Assembly: GCF_016863135.1 (NCBI RefSeq) | Contig: NZ_BOOH01000011.1 | Location: 43,141 to 107,140, forward strand | Length of the DNA: 64,000 nt | Direction: 5' to 3' | Origin: Planobispora longispora | Lineage (GTDB): Bacteria; Actinomycetota; Actinomycetes; Streptosporangiales; Streptosporangiaceae | Part shown: one piece after another, positions 25,818-35,086 of the stretch | Layout: each line of letters opens with the position of its first letter | How positions within the stretch are numbered: position 1 is the stretch's first letter | The notes under the pieces: model-generated | The model's database searches: none | The model's input: the letters and a program-made list of their open reading frames with translations, nothing else | What the model was told of the DNA's origin: nothing | Position numbers and translations under genes: made by a program

Positions 25818-28800
25818 TCAGGCCTCCCGGGCGGGCAGCCGGTGGTGACGGCCGTTCTCCGGGATGCCGGACAGGCGGTCGGCGGCCTGCTCGATGGCGG
25901 TGCCGACCCGGTCGGCCAGCAGGCCGACCGCGCCGACGGCCCGGGTCACCGGGTCGTCTTCGGCGCCGCCGAGCGCCCTGGCCCGCACATAGGCGGCCTT
26001 CACCTCCGCCCACCGCTCGGCCTGCCCGGCGGTGAGCCTGCCGCGCAGCTCGGCCAGCTTCAGCAGGTTGGCCTCGGTCCCGGACGTGAGGGTCTGGGCC
26101 TCGCCGAGATAGTGATCGTCGATGACGGCCTCCAGCTCGTCGTCGTTCATCACCGGCACGACCCGCGCGGCCAGCTTGGTCATGTTCCGGTAGGACCCCT
26201 GGAGCTGGAACGGCGGCTCGGTCCTGGCGGCGTCGGACTGGGCGGCCGAGGCGATGTAGGCCCGGTTGACGGTCAGCACCACCCGCTGGACGCGGAGCAG
26301 CTTGCGCAGCACTGCGAGGACCTGCTCCAGCTCCACCTGCGAGTACGGGTGGGAGAGCCGGTCGGCGCGGACGGCGGGATCGCCCTGCGCGAGCCGTACC
26401 AGCAGGCGTACGTCGTCGCGCTCCCGGGTGGACAGCGGGGCGAGGACCGGGTTGGAGGTCAGCGCCGTGTCGATGTAGCTCAGCGCGAACAGCTCCTCCC
26501 GGCCCGAGAGCACGTCGCCGAGGTTCCAGACGTCGGCGCGGTTGGCGAGCATGTCGGGGACGCGGAACCGGCTGCCCGACTCGGTGTACGGATTGCCCGC
26601 CATGCAGACCGCGAAGCGCTTGCCGCGCAGGTCGTAGGTGCGGGCCCGGCCCTCCCAGACGCCCTCCACGCGGCGCTGGGCGTCGCACAGCGAGATGAAC
26701 TTCTGCAGCAGCTCGGGGGAGGTGTGCTGGATGTCGTCGAGGTACAGCAGCACGTTGGAGCCCATCTCCAGGGCGAAGTTGATCTTCTCGACCTCCTGGC
26801 GCGCGGTCGCGTCGGGGGCGTCGGCCGGGTCGAGCGAGGTGACCCTGTGGCCCAGCGCCGGGCCGTCCACCTTCACGAACATCAGGCCGAGGCGGTCGGC
26901 GACGTACTCCATCAGCGTCGTCTTGCCGTAGCCGGGCGGTGAGATGAGCAGCAGCAGGCCCATCTGGTCGGTCCGCTCGGCCGCGCCGGTCGCGCCCAGC
27001 TGCTTGGCCAGGTTGTCGCCGATGAGGGGGAGGTAGACCTCGTCGAGGAGCTGGTTGCGGACGAAGGCGCTCATCACCTTCGGCCGGTACTCCTCCAGGC
27101 GCAGCCGCTCGCGCTCGGCGGCGACCAGGGCGTCGCGCCGCTTCAGGTAGGACCGGTAGGCCGGCGCCCGGCGGGTCCCGAACTCCCGGGTCCTGGCGAG
27201 GAACTCGTCCAGGCGGATCGCGAGCCGGCCGCCGGCGATGCGCGGGTGCGTGCCGAGCAGGCCCTCGACGGTCGCGGTCAGCGCGGCCGACGAGTCGTGC
27301 CGGGGCAGCTCGCACAGCCGTACGGCCACCGCCTCGGGCAGCTCGCGGAGCTCGCGGAGCTCGGGCGAGCGCCCGAACGCGCCCAGCCACGCCTCGGCCA
27401 GCCGGTGCCGCCCCGGCAGGTCGCCCTCCAGGGCCCGCAGGTCGTTCTCGAACTCCTGACCCGGAGCCCCCGGGCCCCGCGAGCTCCGCGAGCTCCGCAG
27501 CGCCCGCTCGAAGCGGTCGAGCAGCGTCCTGGCCCCGACGCTCGTCACGAATCCGGGCGGGTCGCCGGCCAGTTCCTCGAACAGGTACTCCCCGGCGAGC
27601 TCGATATCGCCCTCGCCGTACGGCGCCGGCGCGCCGTCCGATCCGGGCGCGCCGCGCAACGCGGACACGAAGGACCCGACGGCGCGGGACAGGGCCCGGC
27701 AGGTCTCCCCGACCGCCTCCACCCGCCCGAACAGGGACCGCGCCCGCGCCAGCGAGGCCGCCTTCGTGGTCCACGACGCGCGGGCCGCCTCGTCGGTCCC
27801 GTGCGCCCAGAACAGCTGGGCGGCGGCCCGCGCGGACGGGGGATAGCGCAGCAGGCCCGCCCCCGCGTGCAGGCGGAGCAGGGCGCGGAGGATCAGCGCG
27901 GCGTCGTGGTCGTGGACGCCGCGCTCGTAGCCCTCGTCGTAGCGGGTCTCCGCCACCCCGCGGACGATCTCCGGCAGTTCCCCCCCGGCCGGCGCCGCCT
28001 CGTGGAGCGCGGTGAGCGAGATCGCCCTGTCGCCCAGGAGCAGCGTCCCGGCCTCGGCGGCGGCCAGGATCGAGGCGGCGAGGTGCTCGCCGCGGTAGAC
28101 CTCCGGCGACTCCGAGACCAGCAGCTGGGTCCAGAAGGGCCTGGTCGCCGCGAAATCGGGGTCCCGGACGGGGGAGCGGTAGCCGGTCCCGGTGACGGCG
28201 AAGGCCATCCCGTCCCCGTGCGGGACCAGCGTCAGATCGGCGGGCCGGGTGGTGACCGCGAACCGGTGCCGGCCCAGCCGGATGGTCTCGCCGCCGTCGG
28301 CGTACAGGTCGAGCCGGTCGCGCAGGGCACGGCCCGCCTCCTGCCGGGCCGCGGCGATCCGGCCGTCCAGCTCCTCGGCGCGCACCTGGTCGCCCAGCGC
28401 GCGCAGCTCCCCGGCCACGGAGCGCAGCTTGGCCACCATCGGGTCGGCGGCGAAGTAGGTGTTGACCTCGTCGAGCGAGCCCAGCGAGGCCAGGCGGCGG
28501 CGCACGCTCGCCAGGATCCGGGCCGCGGAGGAGGCCAGCCGGTCGGCGCGGCGGGCCCGATCGTCCAGCAGGGCCTGGCGGCGGGAGGAGAACGCCTCGT
28601 AGACGTCCTCCCGCTTGGAGGCGAGCCGGGCGAGGAAGTCGTCGAACTCGGCGAAGCGCGACTCCAGTGTCTCCAGCCGGAGCATCAGCCGGCCGAGCTG
28701 CTCCTCGCACCGCTCGGGGGTGTCGGCCACGGCCAGCGCCCCGGTGATCGCCTGCCCCAGCAGGGCGAACTCGGCGGCGAAGGCCGCGCGGCCCTCGGAG

Positions 28801-30920
28801 CCCAGCAGTTCCCGCCGCCGCGCCTCCAGCGTGGCCCGGGCCCGGTTGATCCCGCCGAGCACCGCGCCGACCCGCTCCAGGATCGCGGTGCGCACGGTCG
28901 CGTCGGCGATGTCGAGCGTGCCGACCACCTCGATCACGACTTCCAGGCCCTGGGACTGCCCGGCCAGCCGCTCGCCGAGCGGGCCGGCCCCGGCCGTGGC
29001 GGTGATGGCCCCGGCCTCGGCGACCAGCCGCTCGATCTCGGCGTGGTAGCCGGCGAAGGCGTCCTCGCCCTGGAGGAAGGCCACGGCCCGCCGCGCCGTG
29101 CCCGTCAGCTCGGACTCCAGCTCGGCGTCGATCCGGTCGATCCGACCGAGGTCCGCGTAGCGCAGCTCGCGCAGGGTCACCAGGCGTCCCCGCGCCCTGC
29201 GGAGCTCGGCGAGGCGGTCCACCCACCCCTGGGCGGAGCGGGGCGCCGCGGCCCGCGCCCGCCGTACGAGGGAGGCGGTCTCCTGCGCCGCCTCCTCCAG
29301 GGCGGCCGCCGCCTGGGCGGTGAGCGACTGGACCTTCTCGAACTCCTCCAGCACCTGCTCGGCCGTGGCCCGCACGTCGGCCAGCGGCCCGCTCAGCTCG
29401 TGCTCGCCCAGCCAGTGATAGTGGTCGGACACGCGGACGCAGGCCGCGATCAACGCCTCGAAGACGGGGACCGAGGGCGCCATCTCCTCGACGGCCGCGG
29501 TCACCGACAGGCAGTCGGAGATCCCGCGCACCAGCTCGGCGTTGCCGATCCGCTCCAGCGGGCCGGTCCCCACCGGCTGGGCCGCGGCGTAGACGTCGGA
29601 GGTGTACGGCGTCTGCCACACCTGCATCGGGTGGACCCGGGCGGGCTCCTCCGAGACGGCCCGGAACACCACCAGCGTCCCGTCGTCGAACAACGAGTAG
29701 CCGTGGCAGGGGATCGGCGTGGCGACCTGCTTGCGGATCACGTTGTACGGCAGCAGCAGCGACCGGCCGTCGGAGCGGGCGTGGAACACGTACAGCACGT
29801 CCTCGCCGTTGGCCGAGCGGATGACCCGCTCGAACTCCAGGCCGGCGACGTCGGTGTCGAAGGTCTTGCTCACCCCGGTGGACAGGTGGTAGCCGCCGGG
29901 GAAGATGATCCCCTGGTCCTCGGGGAGCCGCCGGCAGGCCTGGCCGATGCCGTCCAGCCGCACGACGTCCTTGGTCCGGGTGTTGAAGACCAGGTGCCGC
30001 CAGCCGGTCTCGTTGTAGGGCCGGACGCGCAGCAGGATCAGCGGGCCGACCCGGGCGTGCAGCACCTCGGCGTCGGCGAGGCTCTGCAGCGGCTCGGCCA
30101 CCGGCTCGCGGTAGACGCCCTCTCCGGTCTCGGTGTTGTTCTCGATCTTGATGGTGAGGTCGCCGCCGACGGTCTCGACGAACACCTCGCCCTGGATCGA
30201 GATGTGCGGGTGCCGCCCGAGGACGTGGTCGTCGCGGGTGGTCGCGGTCCACTCGAAGTCGTGGGACGGCGGGAACACGTGGTCGCGCTCGCCCCGGTCG
30301 TCGATGTAGGCCAGCGAGCCGTCCGCGCCGACCTGCCAGCGCAGCACCCTGATGTCCTGCGGGCCGGTCCGGAAGACGGCCAGCATCTTGCCCTCGACGC
30401 GGCGCAGCTGCAGCAGCCGGGTGTCGCGGTAGTAGCGGTAGAGCTCGGCGAAGTCCTCCTCGAACCGCGGGTCCCGGACCATCGGCGCGGGCTCGAACCG
30501 GAAGGCGTCGCCGTCCCGGCTGAAGCGGTGCGCGGAGAAGACGTCCTCGACGGTCGTCTCCGGCTTCAGCCCGATGAACACGTTGTAGCCGAACAGCATG
30601 AGGTCGCCGATCGACACGATGTCGCGGGGCACGCAGTTGTTCTCGGTGCGGATCCGCTCGGCGCCGATCAGGCGGAGCTCGGTCCCGCCGAACGCCTCCA
30701 GGCGGCGGGCGTTGAGCGTCTCGGCCCGCCGGGCCAGCTCCGCCGCCTGCTCGGCGAGCCGGGCGCGGAGCACCTCGTAGGTGCCCGCGTCCAGCCCCTG
30801 CCCCGCCCCGTCCAGCCGCTGCTCCGTCCCGTCCGGCGCAGTCGTCCCGGTCGTCGCAGTCGTTCCGGTCGTCCCGGTCTCTGCGGTGGTCACGTCCGTG
30901 CTGGTCACGTCTGGGGTCAC
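25818..30920 (-). CDS. giant (~1,700-aa) protein: low-complexity Thr/Gly N-terminus, large coiled-coil/helical middle, C-terminal AAA+ (MoxR/dynein-like AAA_5) ATPase module
   Basis: Walker A LLISPPGYGKTTL, Walker B VLLYLDDIQ and sensor-1 CMAGNP. Long Ala/Arg/Glu/Leu-rich heptad-like stretches. GTG start overlaps the flotillin stop (GTGA). Confidence 0.8.
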   Translation of the reverse strand: MTPDVTSTDVTTAETGTTGTTATTGTTAPDGTEQRLDGAGQGLDAGTYEVLRARLAEQAAELARRAETLNARRLEAFGGTELRLIGAERIRTENNCVPRDIVSIGDLMLFGYNVFIGLKPETTVEDVFSAHRFSRDGDAFRFEPAPMVRDPRFEEDFAELYRYYRDTRLLQLRRVEGKMLAVFRTGPQDIRVLRWQVGADGSLAYIDDRGERDHVFPPSHDFEWTATTRDDHVLGRHPHISIQGEVFVETVGGDLTIKIENNTETGEGVYREPVAEPLQSLADAEVLHARVGPLILLRVRPYNETGWRHLVFNTRTKDVVRLDGIGQACRRLPEDQGIIFPGGYHLSTGVSKTFDTDVAGLEFERVIRSANGEDVLYVFHARSDGRSLLLPYNVIRKQVATPIPCHGYSLFDDGTLVVFRAVSEEPARVHPMQVWQTPYTSDVYAAAQPVGTGPLERIGNAELVRGISDCLSVTAAVEEMAPSVPVFEALIAACVRVSDHYHWLGEHELSGPLADVRATAEQVLEEFEKVQSLTAQAAAALEEAAQETASLVRRARAAAPRSAQGWVDRLAELRRARGRLVTLRELRYADLGRIDRIDAELESELTGTARRAVAFLQGEDAFAGYHAEIERLVAEAGAITATAGAGPLGERLAGQSQGLEVVIEVVGTLDIADATVRTAILERVGAVLGGINRARATLEARRRELLGSEGRAAFAAEFALLGQAITGALAVADTPERCEEQLGRLMLRLETLESRFAEFDDFLARLASKREDVYEAFSSRRQALLDDRARRADRLASSAARILASVRRRLASLGSLDEVNTYFAADPMVAKLRSVAGELRALGDQVRAEELDGRIAAARQEAGRALRDRLDLYADGGETIRLGRHRFAVTTRPADLTLVPHGDGMAFAVTGTGYRSPVRDPDFAATRPFWTQLLVSESPEVYRGEHLAASILAAAEAGTLLLGDRAISLTALHEAAPAGGELPEIVRGVAETRYDEGYERGVHDHDAALILRALLRLHAGAGLLRYPPSARAAAQLFWAHGTDEAARASWTTKAASLARARSLFGRVEAVGETCRALSRAVGSFVSALRGAPGSDGAPAPYGEGDIELAGEYLFEELAGDPPGFVTSVGARTLLDRFERALRSSRSSRGPGAPGQEFENDLRALEGDLPGRHRLAEAWLGAFGRSPELRELRELPEAVAVRLCELPRHDSSAALTATVEGLLGTHPRIAGGRLAIRLDEFLARTREFGTRRAPAYRSYLKRRDALVAAERERLRLEEYRPKVMSAFVRNQLLDEVYLPLIGDNLAKQLGATGAAERTDQMGLLLLISPPGYGKTTLMEYVADRLGLMFVKVDGPALGHRVTSLDPADAPDATARQEVEKINFALEMGSNVLLYLDDIQHTSPELLQKFISLCDAQRRVEGVWEGRARTYDLRGKRFAVCMAGNPYTESGSRFRVPDMLANRADVWNLGDVLSGREELFALSYIDTALTSNPVLAPLSTRERDDVRLLVRLAQGDPAVRADRLSHPYSQVELEQVLAVLRKLLRVQRVVLTVNRAYIASAAQSDAARTEPPFQLQGSYRNMTKLAARVVPVMNDDELEAVIDDHYLGEAQTLTSGTEANLLKLAELRGRLTAGQAERWAEVKAAYVRARALGGAEDDPVTRAVGAVGLLADRVGTAIEQAADRLSGIPENGRHHRLPAREA

Positions 30921-33085
30921 TCCTGGACCGTGTCGACGACGGAGCCGCCGGCGGTGATCGGGGCACCGCCGTCGCCCAGGATGTCCACGGCCGCCACGGG
31001 GGTCATGGCGGGCGCCGTGGTCGTCACGGTGGACGCGGGGCTCAGCAGTTCGCGCAGCTTCTGCGACTCCGCGCCGCCGCCGTTCATCAGCTTGACCAGC
31101 AGGGCCGAGAGCGACAGGTCCCGCACGTCGCCGCTGCCCAGCGAGCCGAGCGCCCGGGTCAGGTCGGCGGGCAGGCTCTGCGTCCCGTCCAGGTACGGCC
31201 CGGCGAGCGTGCGGGCCACGTCGGAGCTGTCCACGAAGCCGTCCAGGCTCTTGCCCAGGGTGACCGAGCCGACCAGCTTGTCGAAGAACACGCTGTCGCC
31301 GCCGACGATGTCGATGTTGGCCTTCTCCAGTCCGGCGGCCAGCACCACGGCCTGCGCCTCGGCGAGCTTGACCTGGGAGGTGACGCCGGCGAGCCGGATC
31401 TCCTTCTCGGCCTCCAGCCGCAGGCGGTACTCCTCGTGGCCGCGGCTCGCGTCGTCGAGCGCCGCCAGCGCCGCCGCCTTCTCGGTCAGGCCCTCGGCCT
31501 CCGCCTTCAGCTTCTCGCCGATCGTCGCGGCCGCGGCCAGCGCCTTCTCCCGCTCGCCCTCGGCCTCGGCCTTGAGCTTCTCGCGGATCGCGGTGGCGAC
31601 GGCGTGCGCCCTGGCCTGCTCGCCCTCCGCGGCGGCCAGCGCCTTCTCCCGCTCGACCGCGGCCTCGGCGCGGCCGACCTTCTCGATCGCGGCGGCGTTG
31701 CGCTCGGCGACCTGGACCTCGGCCAGGCCGACCGCGGCGGCCTCGGCCTGGACGCCCTCGGCCAGGCGGATCTTGGCGCGGGCGTCGAGCTCGGCGGCCT
31801 GCTGGCGCGACTCGGCCATCACCAGCGCCTCGCGCGCCTTGTACTTGGAGGCGGCCTCGGCGGCCTCGGCGGCCTTGATGTCCTTGACCAGGTTCTCCTG
31901 GGACTCCGCCTCGGCCTGGATGATCACGGCCTGGCGGGTCCGCTCGGCCTCCTCGACCACCCGCAGGCGCTTGATGCTCTCCTCCTGCTCGGCGACGGTC
32001 TTCTCGACCGCGATGCGCTCCCGGACCACCTCGGCGATCGAGCGCTTCTCGCCCTCGAGCTCCTTGTCCTTGGCGATGCGCGACAGCTCGGTCTCGCGCT
32101 CGCGGGAGATGACCTCCAGCATGCGGTCCTTCTCGATGCGCTCGCTCTCGATGGCGATGACCCGCTCGCGGTTCTTGGCCGCCACGGCGATCTCGCGGGC
32201 CTGGTTCTCCTGCTGGATGCCGAGCTGCTCCTGGGTGCGCAGGTCGGCGGCGTGCGCCTTGAGCCGCTCCTCGGCCTGGACCCGGGCGATCTCCGCCTCC
32301 TCGCGGGCCCGCATGGTCTCGATCTCGCGCTTCTGCTTGATCTCCGCGTCGGTCTGGCGCCGCTGCAGTTCGAGGATCGCCTCGCGGGCGTCCACGTTCT
32401 GGCGGGTGATCTCCTTCTCCTCGCGCCGCTGGAAGTCGTTGGTCCGCACGTGCTCGATCGCGGTCAGCTCGGTGATCTTCCGGATGCCCTGGGCGTCGAG
32501 GATGTTGTTCTTGTCGAGGGAGAGCAGCGAGGTCTGCTCCAGGTAGTCGATCGCCGCGTCCTCGAGGCTGTAGCCGTTCAGGTCGGTGCCGATCACCTGG
32601 ATGATCTGGTCGCGGAAGTGGTCGCGCTGGGTGTAGAGGTCGACGAAGTCGAGCTGCTTTCCGACGGTCTTGAGCGCCTCGGAGAACTTGGCGCTGAACA
32701 GCTCCTGCAGCGTCTCCTGGTCGCTGGCCCGGGCGGTGCCGATCGCCTGCGCGACCTTCACCACGTCCTCGGCGGTCTTGTTGACCCGGACGAAGAACGT
32801 GATCTTGATGTCCGCCCGGATGTTGTCCCGGCAGATCAGGCCCTCGCGGCCGGACCGTTCGATCTCGATGGTCTTCACCGAGATGTCCATGACCTCCGCC
32901 CGGTGGAGCACGGGCAGGACGACCGCCCCGGTGAAGGTGACGTCGACCTTGTTGACCTTGGAGACGATCAGGGCCTTGCCCTGTTCGACCTTGCGGAACA
33001 GGCGGGTGACCGTGATCACCATGGCGATGGCGACGAGGAGGACGACGGCGAGGAGCACGCCGAAGCCGGTGGAGATGACGTCCAT
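30917..33085 (-). CDS. flotillin (SPFH/band-7 domain, FloT/YuaG-like) with long EA-rich coiled-coil
   Basis: N-terminal TM (GVLLAVVLLVAIAMVI) and SPFH core. An extended ...AEAEGEREKALAAA... repeat region is typical of flotillins. Confidence 0.9.
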   Translation of the reverse strand: MDVISTGFGVLLAVVLLVAIAMVITVTRLFRKVEQGKALIVSKVNKVDVTFTGAVVLPVLHRAEVMDISVKTIEIERSGREGLICRDNIRADIKITFFVRVNKTAEDVVKVAQAIGTARASDQETLQELFSAKFSEALKTVGKQLDFVDLYTQRDHFRDQIIQVIGTDLNGYSLEDAAIDYLEQTSLLSLDKNNILDAQGIRKITELTAIEHVRTNDFQRREEKEITRQNVDAREAILELQRRQTDAEIKQKREIETMRAREEAEIARVQAEERLKAHAADLRTQEQLGIQQENQAREIAVAAKNRERVIAIESERIEKDRMLEVISRERETELSRIAKDKELEGEKRSIAEVVRERIAVEKTVAEQEESIKRLRVVEEAERTRQAVIIQAEAESQENLVKDIKAAEAAEAASKYKAREALVMAESRQQAAELDARAKIRLAEGVQAEAAAVGLAEVQVAERNAAAIEKVGRAEAAVEREKALAAAEGEQARAHAVATAIREKLKAEAEGEREKALAAAATIGEKLKAEAEGLTEKAAALAALDDASRGHEEYRLRLEAEKEIRLAGVTSQVKLAEAQAVVLAAGLEKANIDIVGGDSVFFDKLVGSVTLGKSLDGFVDSSDVARTLAGPYLDGTQSLPADLTRALGSLGSGDVRDLSLSALLVKLMNGGGAESQKLRELLSPASTVTTTAPAMTPVAAVDILGDGGAPITAGGSVVDTVQE

Positions 33086-33097
33086 GGATTCCCTCGG

Positions 33098-33745
33098 CTA
33101 GATGGGACGGTGGGGGTCGAGTTCCGCGTCGTACGGCATCACCCAGAAGAATTCGCCGCCGGAGTCGTAGGCGAAGATCAGGGCGGTGCTTCCGGCGAGG
33201 AAGACGTCGTCGCCGGTCTGTCGGACTTGTACGAGAGCGGAGGACCCGTCGGGAGCGGTGACCTCGGCCTGGCCGAAGTCCCCTCCCACCCGGCCCGTGC
33301 GGATGACGCAGGTGCGGCCCACGAAGTCGGCGCGGGACGGCGCGCGCTCCTTGCGCGCGACGCGCCGCAGGGGCAGCGTCAGCAGGCGGGTGCCGAGCCA
33401 GGCGCAGCCGATCGCCGCGACGGGCACGGCGGCCAGGGCGGCCGTGCCGGTGATGAGGGCGGACCCGGCGAGGCTGGCGAACCAGGCGATGGCGACCAGC
33501 AGCGAGACGGTCACCGAGACCGGCACCCCGCCGAGCCCGAGGCCCGCCAGGAAACCCGCCGCGCCCGAGAGCTCCGCGTCGCCGATCGCGTCGTCACCCG
33601 CGACGCCGTCGCCCGCCGCGTCGTCGAGCACGGCGCCGCCGAGAAGGGCGAGCAGCCAGTAACCGACCACCACGATCAGCGGGAAGGTGAACAGAACGGT
33701 CGGGAACGACAGCGCGGTCTCGGTGAAGCTGCCCAACTGGCCCAT
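33098..33745 (-). CDS. NfeD-like membrane protein (YuaF-like, OB-fold C-terminus)
   Basis: Multiple TM helices then a C-terminal beta-rich soluble domain. Immediately upstream of flotillin on the same strand, as in nfeD-floT operons. ATG at 33745 chosen because the upstream in-frame extension is AT-rich and non-coding-like. Confidence 0.7.
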   Translation of the reverse strand: MGQLGSFTETALSFPTVLFTFPLIVVVGYWLLALLGGAVLDDAAGDGVAGDDAIGDAELSGAAGFLAGLGLGGVPVSVTVSLLVAIAWFASLAGSALITGTAALAAVPVAAIGCAWLGTRLLTLPLRRVARKERAPSRADFVGRTCVIRTGRVGGDFGQAEVTAPDGSSALVQVRQTGDDVFLAGSTALIFAYDSGGEFFWVMPYDAELDPHRPI

Positions 33746-33899
33746 CGATGCGGAAGATCTCCCTGTCCGGTGTGCTCGCCTGCTCCCCCGAGCGTGTGGC
33801 TTCACCCGGATAAAGAATGAGTAAAAGAAATAGTTCCCGAAGCCTGAAAAATCTGGATATGCGAGGGACGGGAGGGGTGGAAGGGGGGCGCGGGAGAGC

Positions 33900-34010
33900 A
33901 CAGGAGGGCGCGGACGCGCGGGGGGAACCGCGAGAGGGGCGGACGCGCGTGGGGAGGCGTAAGGGCGCGGACGCGCGTGGGGAACGGCGTGGGAGGGCGC
34001 ACGGCATCGC
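33900..34010. repeat. G-rich tandem ~29-bp repeats (GGGCGCGGACGCGCGTGGGGA...) with many GGGG runs
   Basis: ggcgcggacgcgcggggggaacc / gagaggggcggacgcgcgtggggaggcgtaa / gggcgcggacgcgcgtggggaacggcgtggga. The G4-capable runs are on the + strand, i.e. the non-template strand for the minus-strand operon. Confidence 0.5.
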
Positions 34011-34066
34011 CGCCCGGGCGGGGACGGGGCGGGCGGGGCGTCGGGGCGCGGACGGGCGCGCGGGTG

Positions 34067-34831
34067 CTACGGGGCGGCCGAGCCGACGATCAGGGGAGTG
34101 TTCTGGACGGAGTCCGGCTCGTCGACCACGTCGGCCACGACACAGGTGATGTTGTCCGGGCCGCCGCCCTCGCAGGCGAGATCGATGAGCGTGCGGATCA
34201 CGGTGTCGAGATCGTCGATCGTGGCCAGCACGTGGCGGAGCTGCTCGGCCTCCACCACGCCGGACAGGCCGTCGGAGCAGAGCAGGTAACGGTCTCCCAC
34301 CTCGGCGTCCCGCAGCGACAGGTCGGCCTCGACGCCGTCGCTGCCGTCCAGGACCTGGAGCAGGATCGACCGGTGGGGATGCCGGGCGGCCTCCTCGGCG
34401 GTGATCCGGCCGTCGTCCATCAGGGTCTGGACGAGCGTGTGGTCGTAGGTGATCTGGTAGAGGTCGCCGTTGCGCAGCAGGTAGGCGCGGGAGTCGCCGA
34501 TGTGGGCGAGCGCGACGCGCGGGCCGTCCCAGAGCATCAGCGTCAGGGTGGTGCCCATCCCGGTGAGACTGGGATCCTGCTCGGTCAGCTCCCGCAGCCG
34601 CTGGTTGGCCCGGCGGACCCCGCTCTCGGCGGCGGCGACCAGATCGGAGGGGGGCTCGTGGTCCAGGGGTGAGATGGCCGCGACAGCGGCCGAGCTGGCG
34701 ACCTCCCCGCCGACGTGCCCGCCCATGCCGTCGGCGACGGCGAGCAGCCGGACACCGGCGTAGGCGGCGTCCTCGTTGCCCTGGCGGACCTTGCCGACAT
34801 CGGAACCCGCCGCGTAGCGGAGCGTGATCAT
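34067..34831 (-). CDS. PP2C-family Ser/Thr phosphatase (paralogue 2)
   Basis: MITLRYAAGSDVGKVRQGNEDA, AVADGMGGHVGGEVAS, GMGTTLT and GGPDNITC. Roughly 65-70% identical to paralogue 1 by eye. The larger track ORF upstream is antisense to prfC. Confidence 0.85.
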   Translation of the reverse strand: MITLRYAAGSDVGKVRQGNEDAAYAGVRLLAVADGMGGHVGGEVASSAAVAAISPLDHEPPSDLVAAAESGVRRANQRLRELTEQDPSLTGMGTTLTLMLWDGPRVALAHIGDSRAYLLRNGDLYQITYDHTLVQTLMDDGRITAEEAARHPHRSILLQVLDGSDGVEADLSLRDAEVGDRYLLCSDGLSGVVEAEQLRHVLATIDDLDTVIRTLIDLACEGGGPDNITCVVADVVDEPDSVQNTPLIVGSAAP

Positions 34832-35086
34832 CTGCACTCCACCGGGACCCTGCGCTCTGAGGGAACCCTGCGAACTGGAACATCGAGTTGCACGAGCAGT
34901 CGCTTTCGGACAGTCAATACGGACACGGCGAACCGAGATCTCCAACGATCCACTGTGCGCCGTGGTGGCGCAAGCGGCCTGAGAAAGTGTTGCCACATCA
35001 ATTGAAGGGCGTGGTGACGCGTAAGCTGTTGCGGCACCCCGCCCACCATCTCGGACGAGTTCCACCGTACGGCAAGGAGACGAAGG

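Noticed and set aside
25540-32546. 1,808-aa (-) and 1,766-aa (+) alternative-frame ORFs across the giant ATPase/flotillin region
   Set aside because: Arg/Pro/Gly-dominated translations with no motifs. The frames carrying the Walker motifs and the flotillin SPFH domain are on the minus strand at 25818..30920 and 30917..33085.
33746-33901. 52-codon N-terminal extension of the NfeD ORF
   Set aside because: Encoded by AT-rich promoter-like DNA with an implausible peptide (YPDFSGFGNYFFYSFFIRVKP). The internal ATG at 33745 is preferred.
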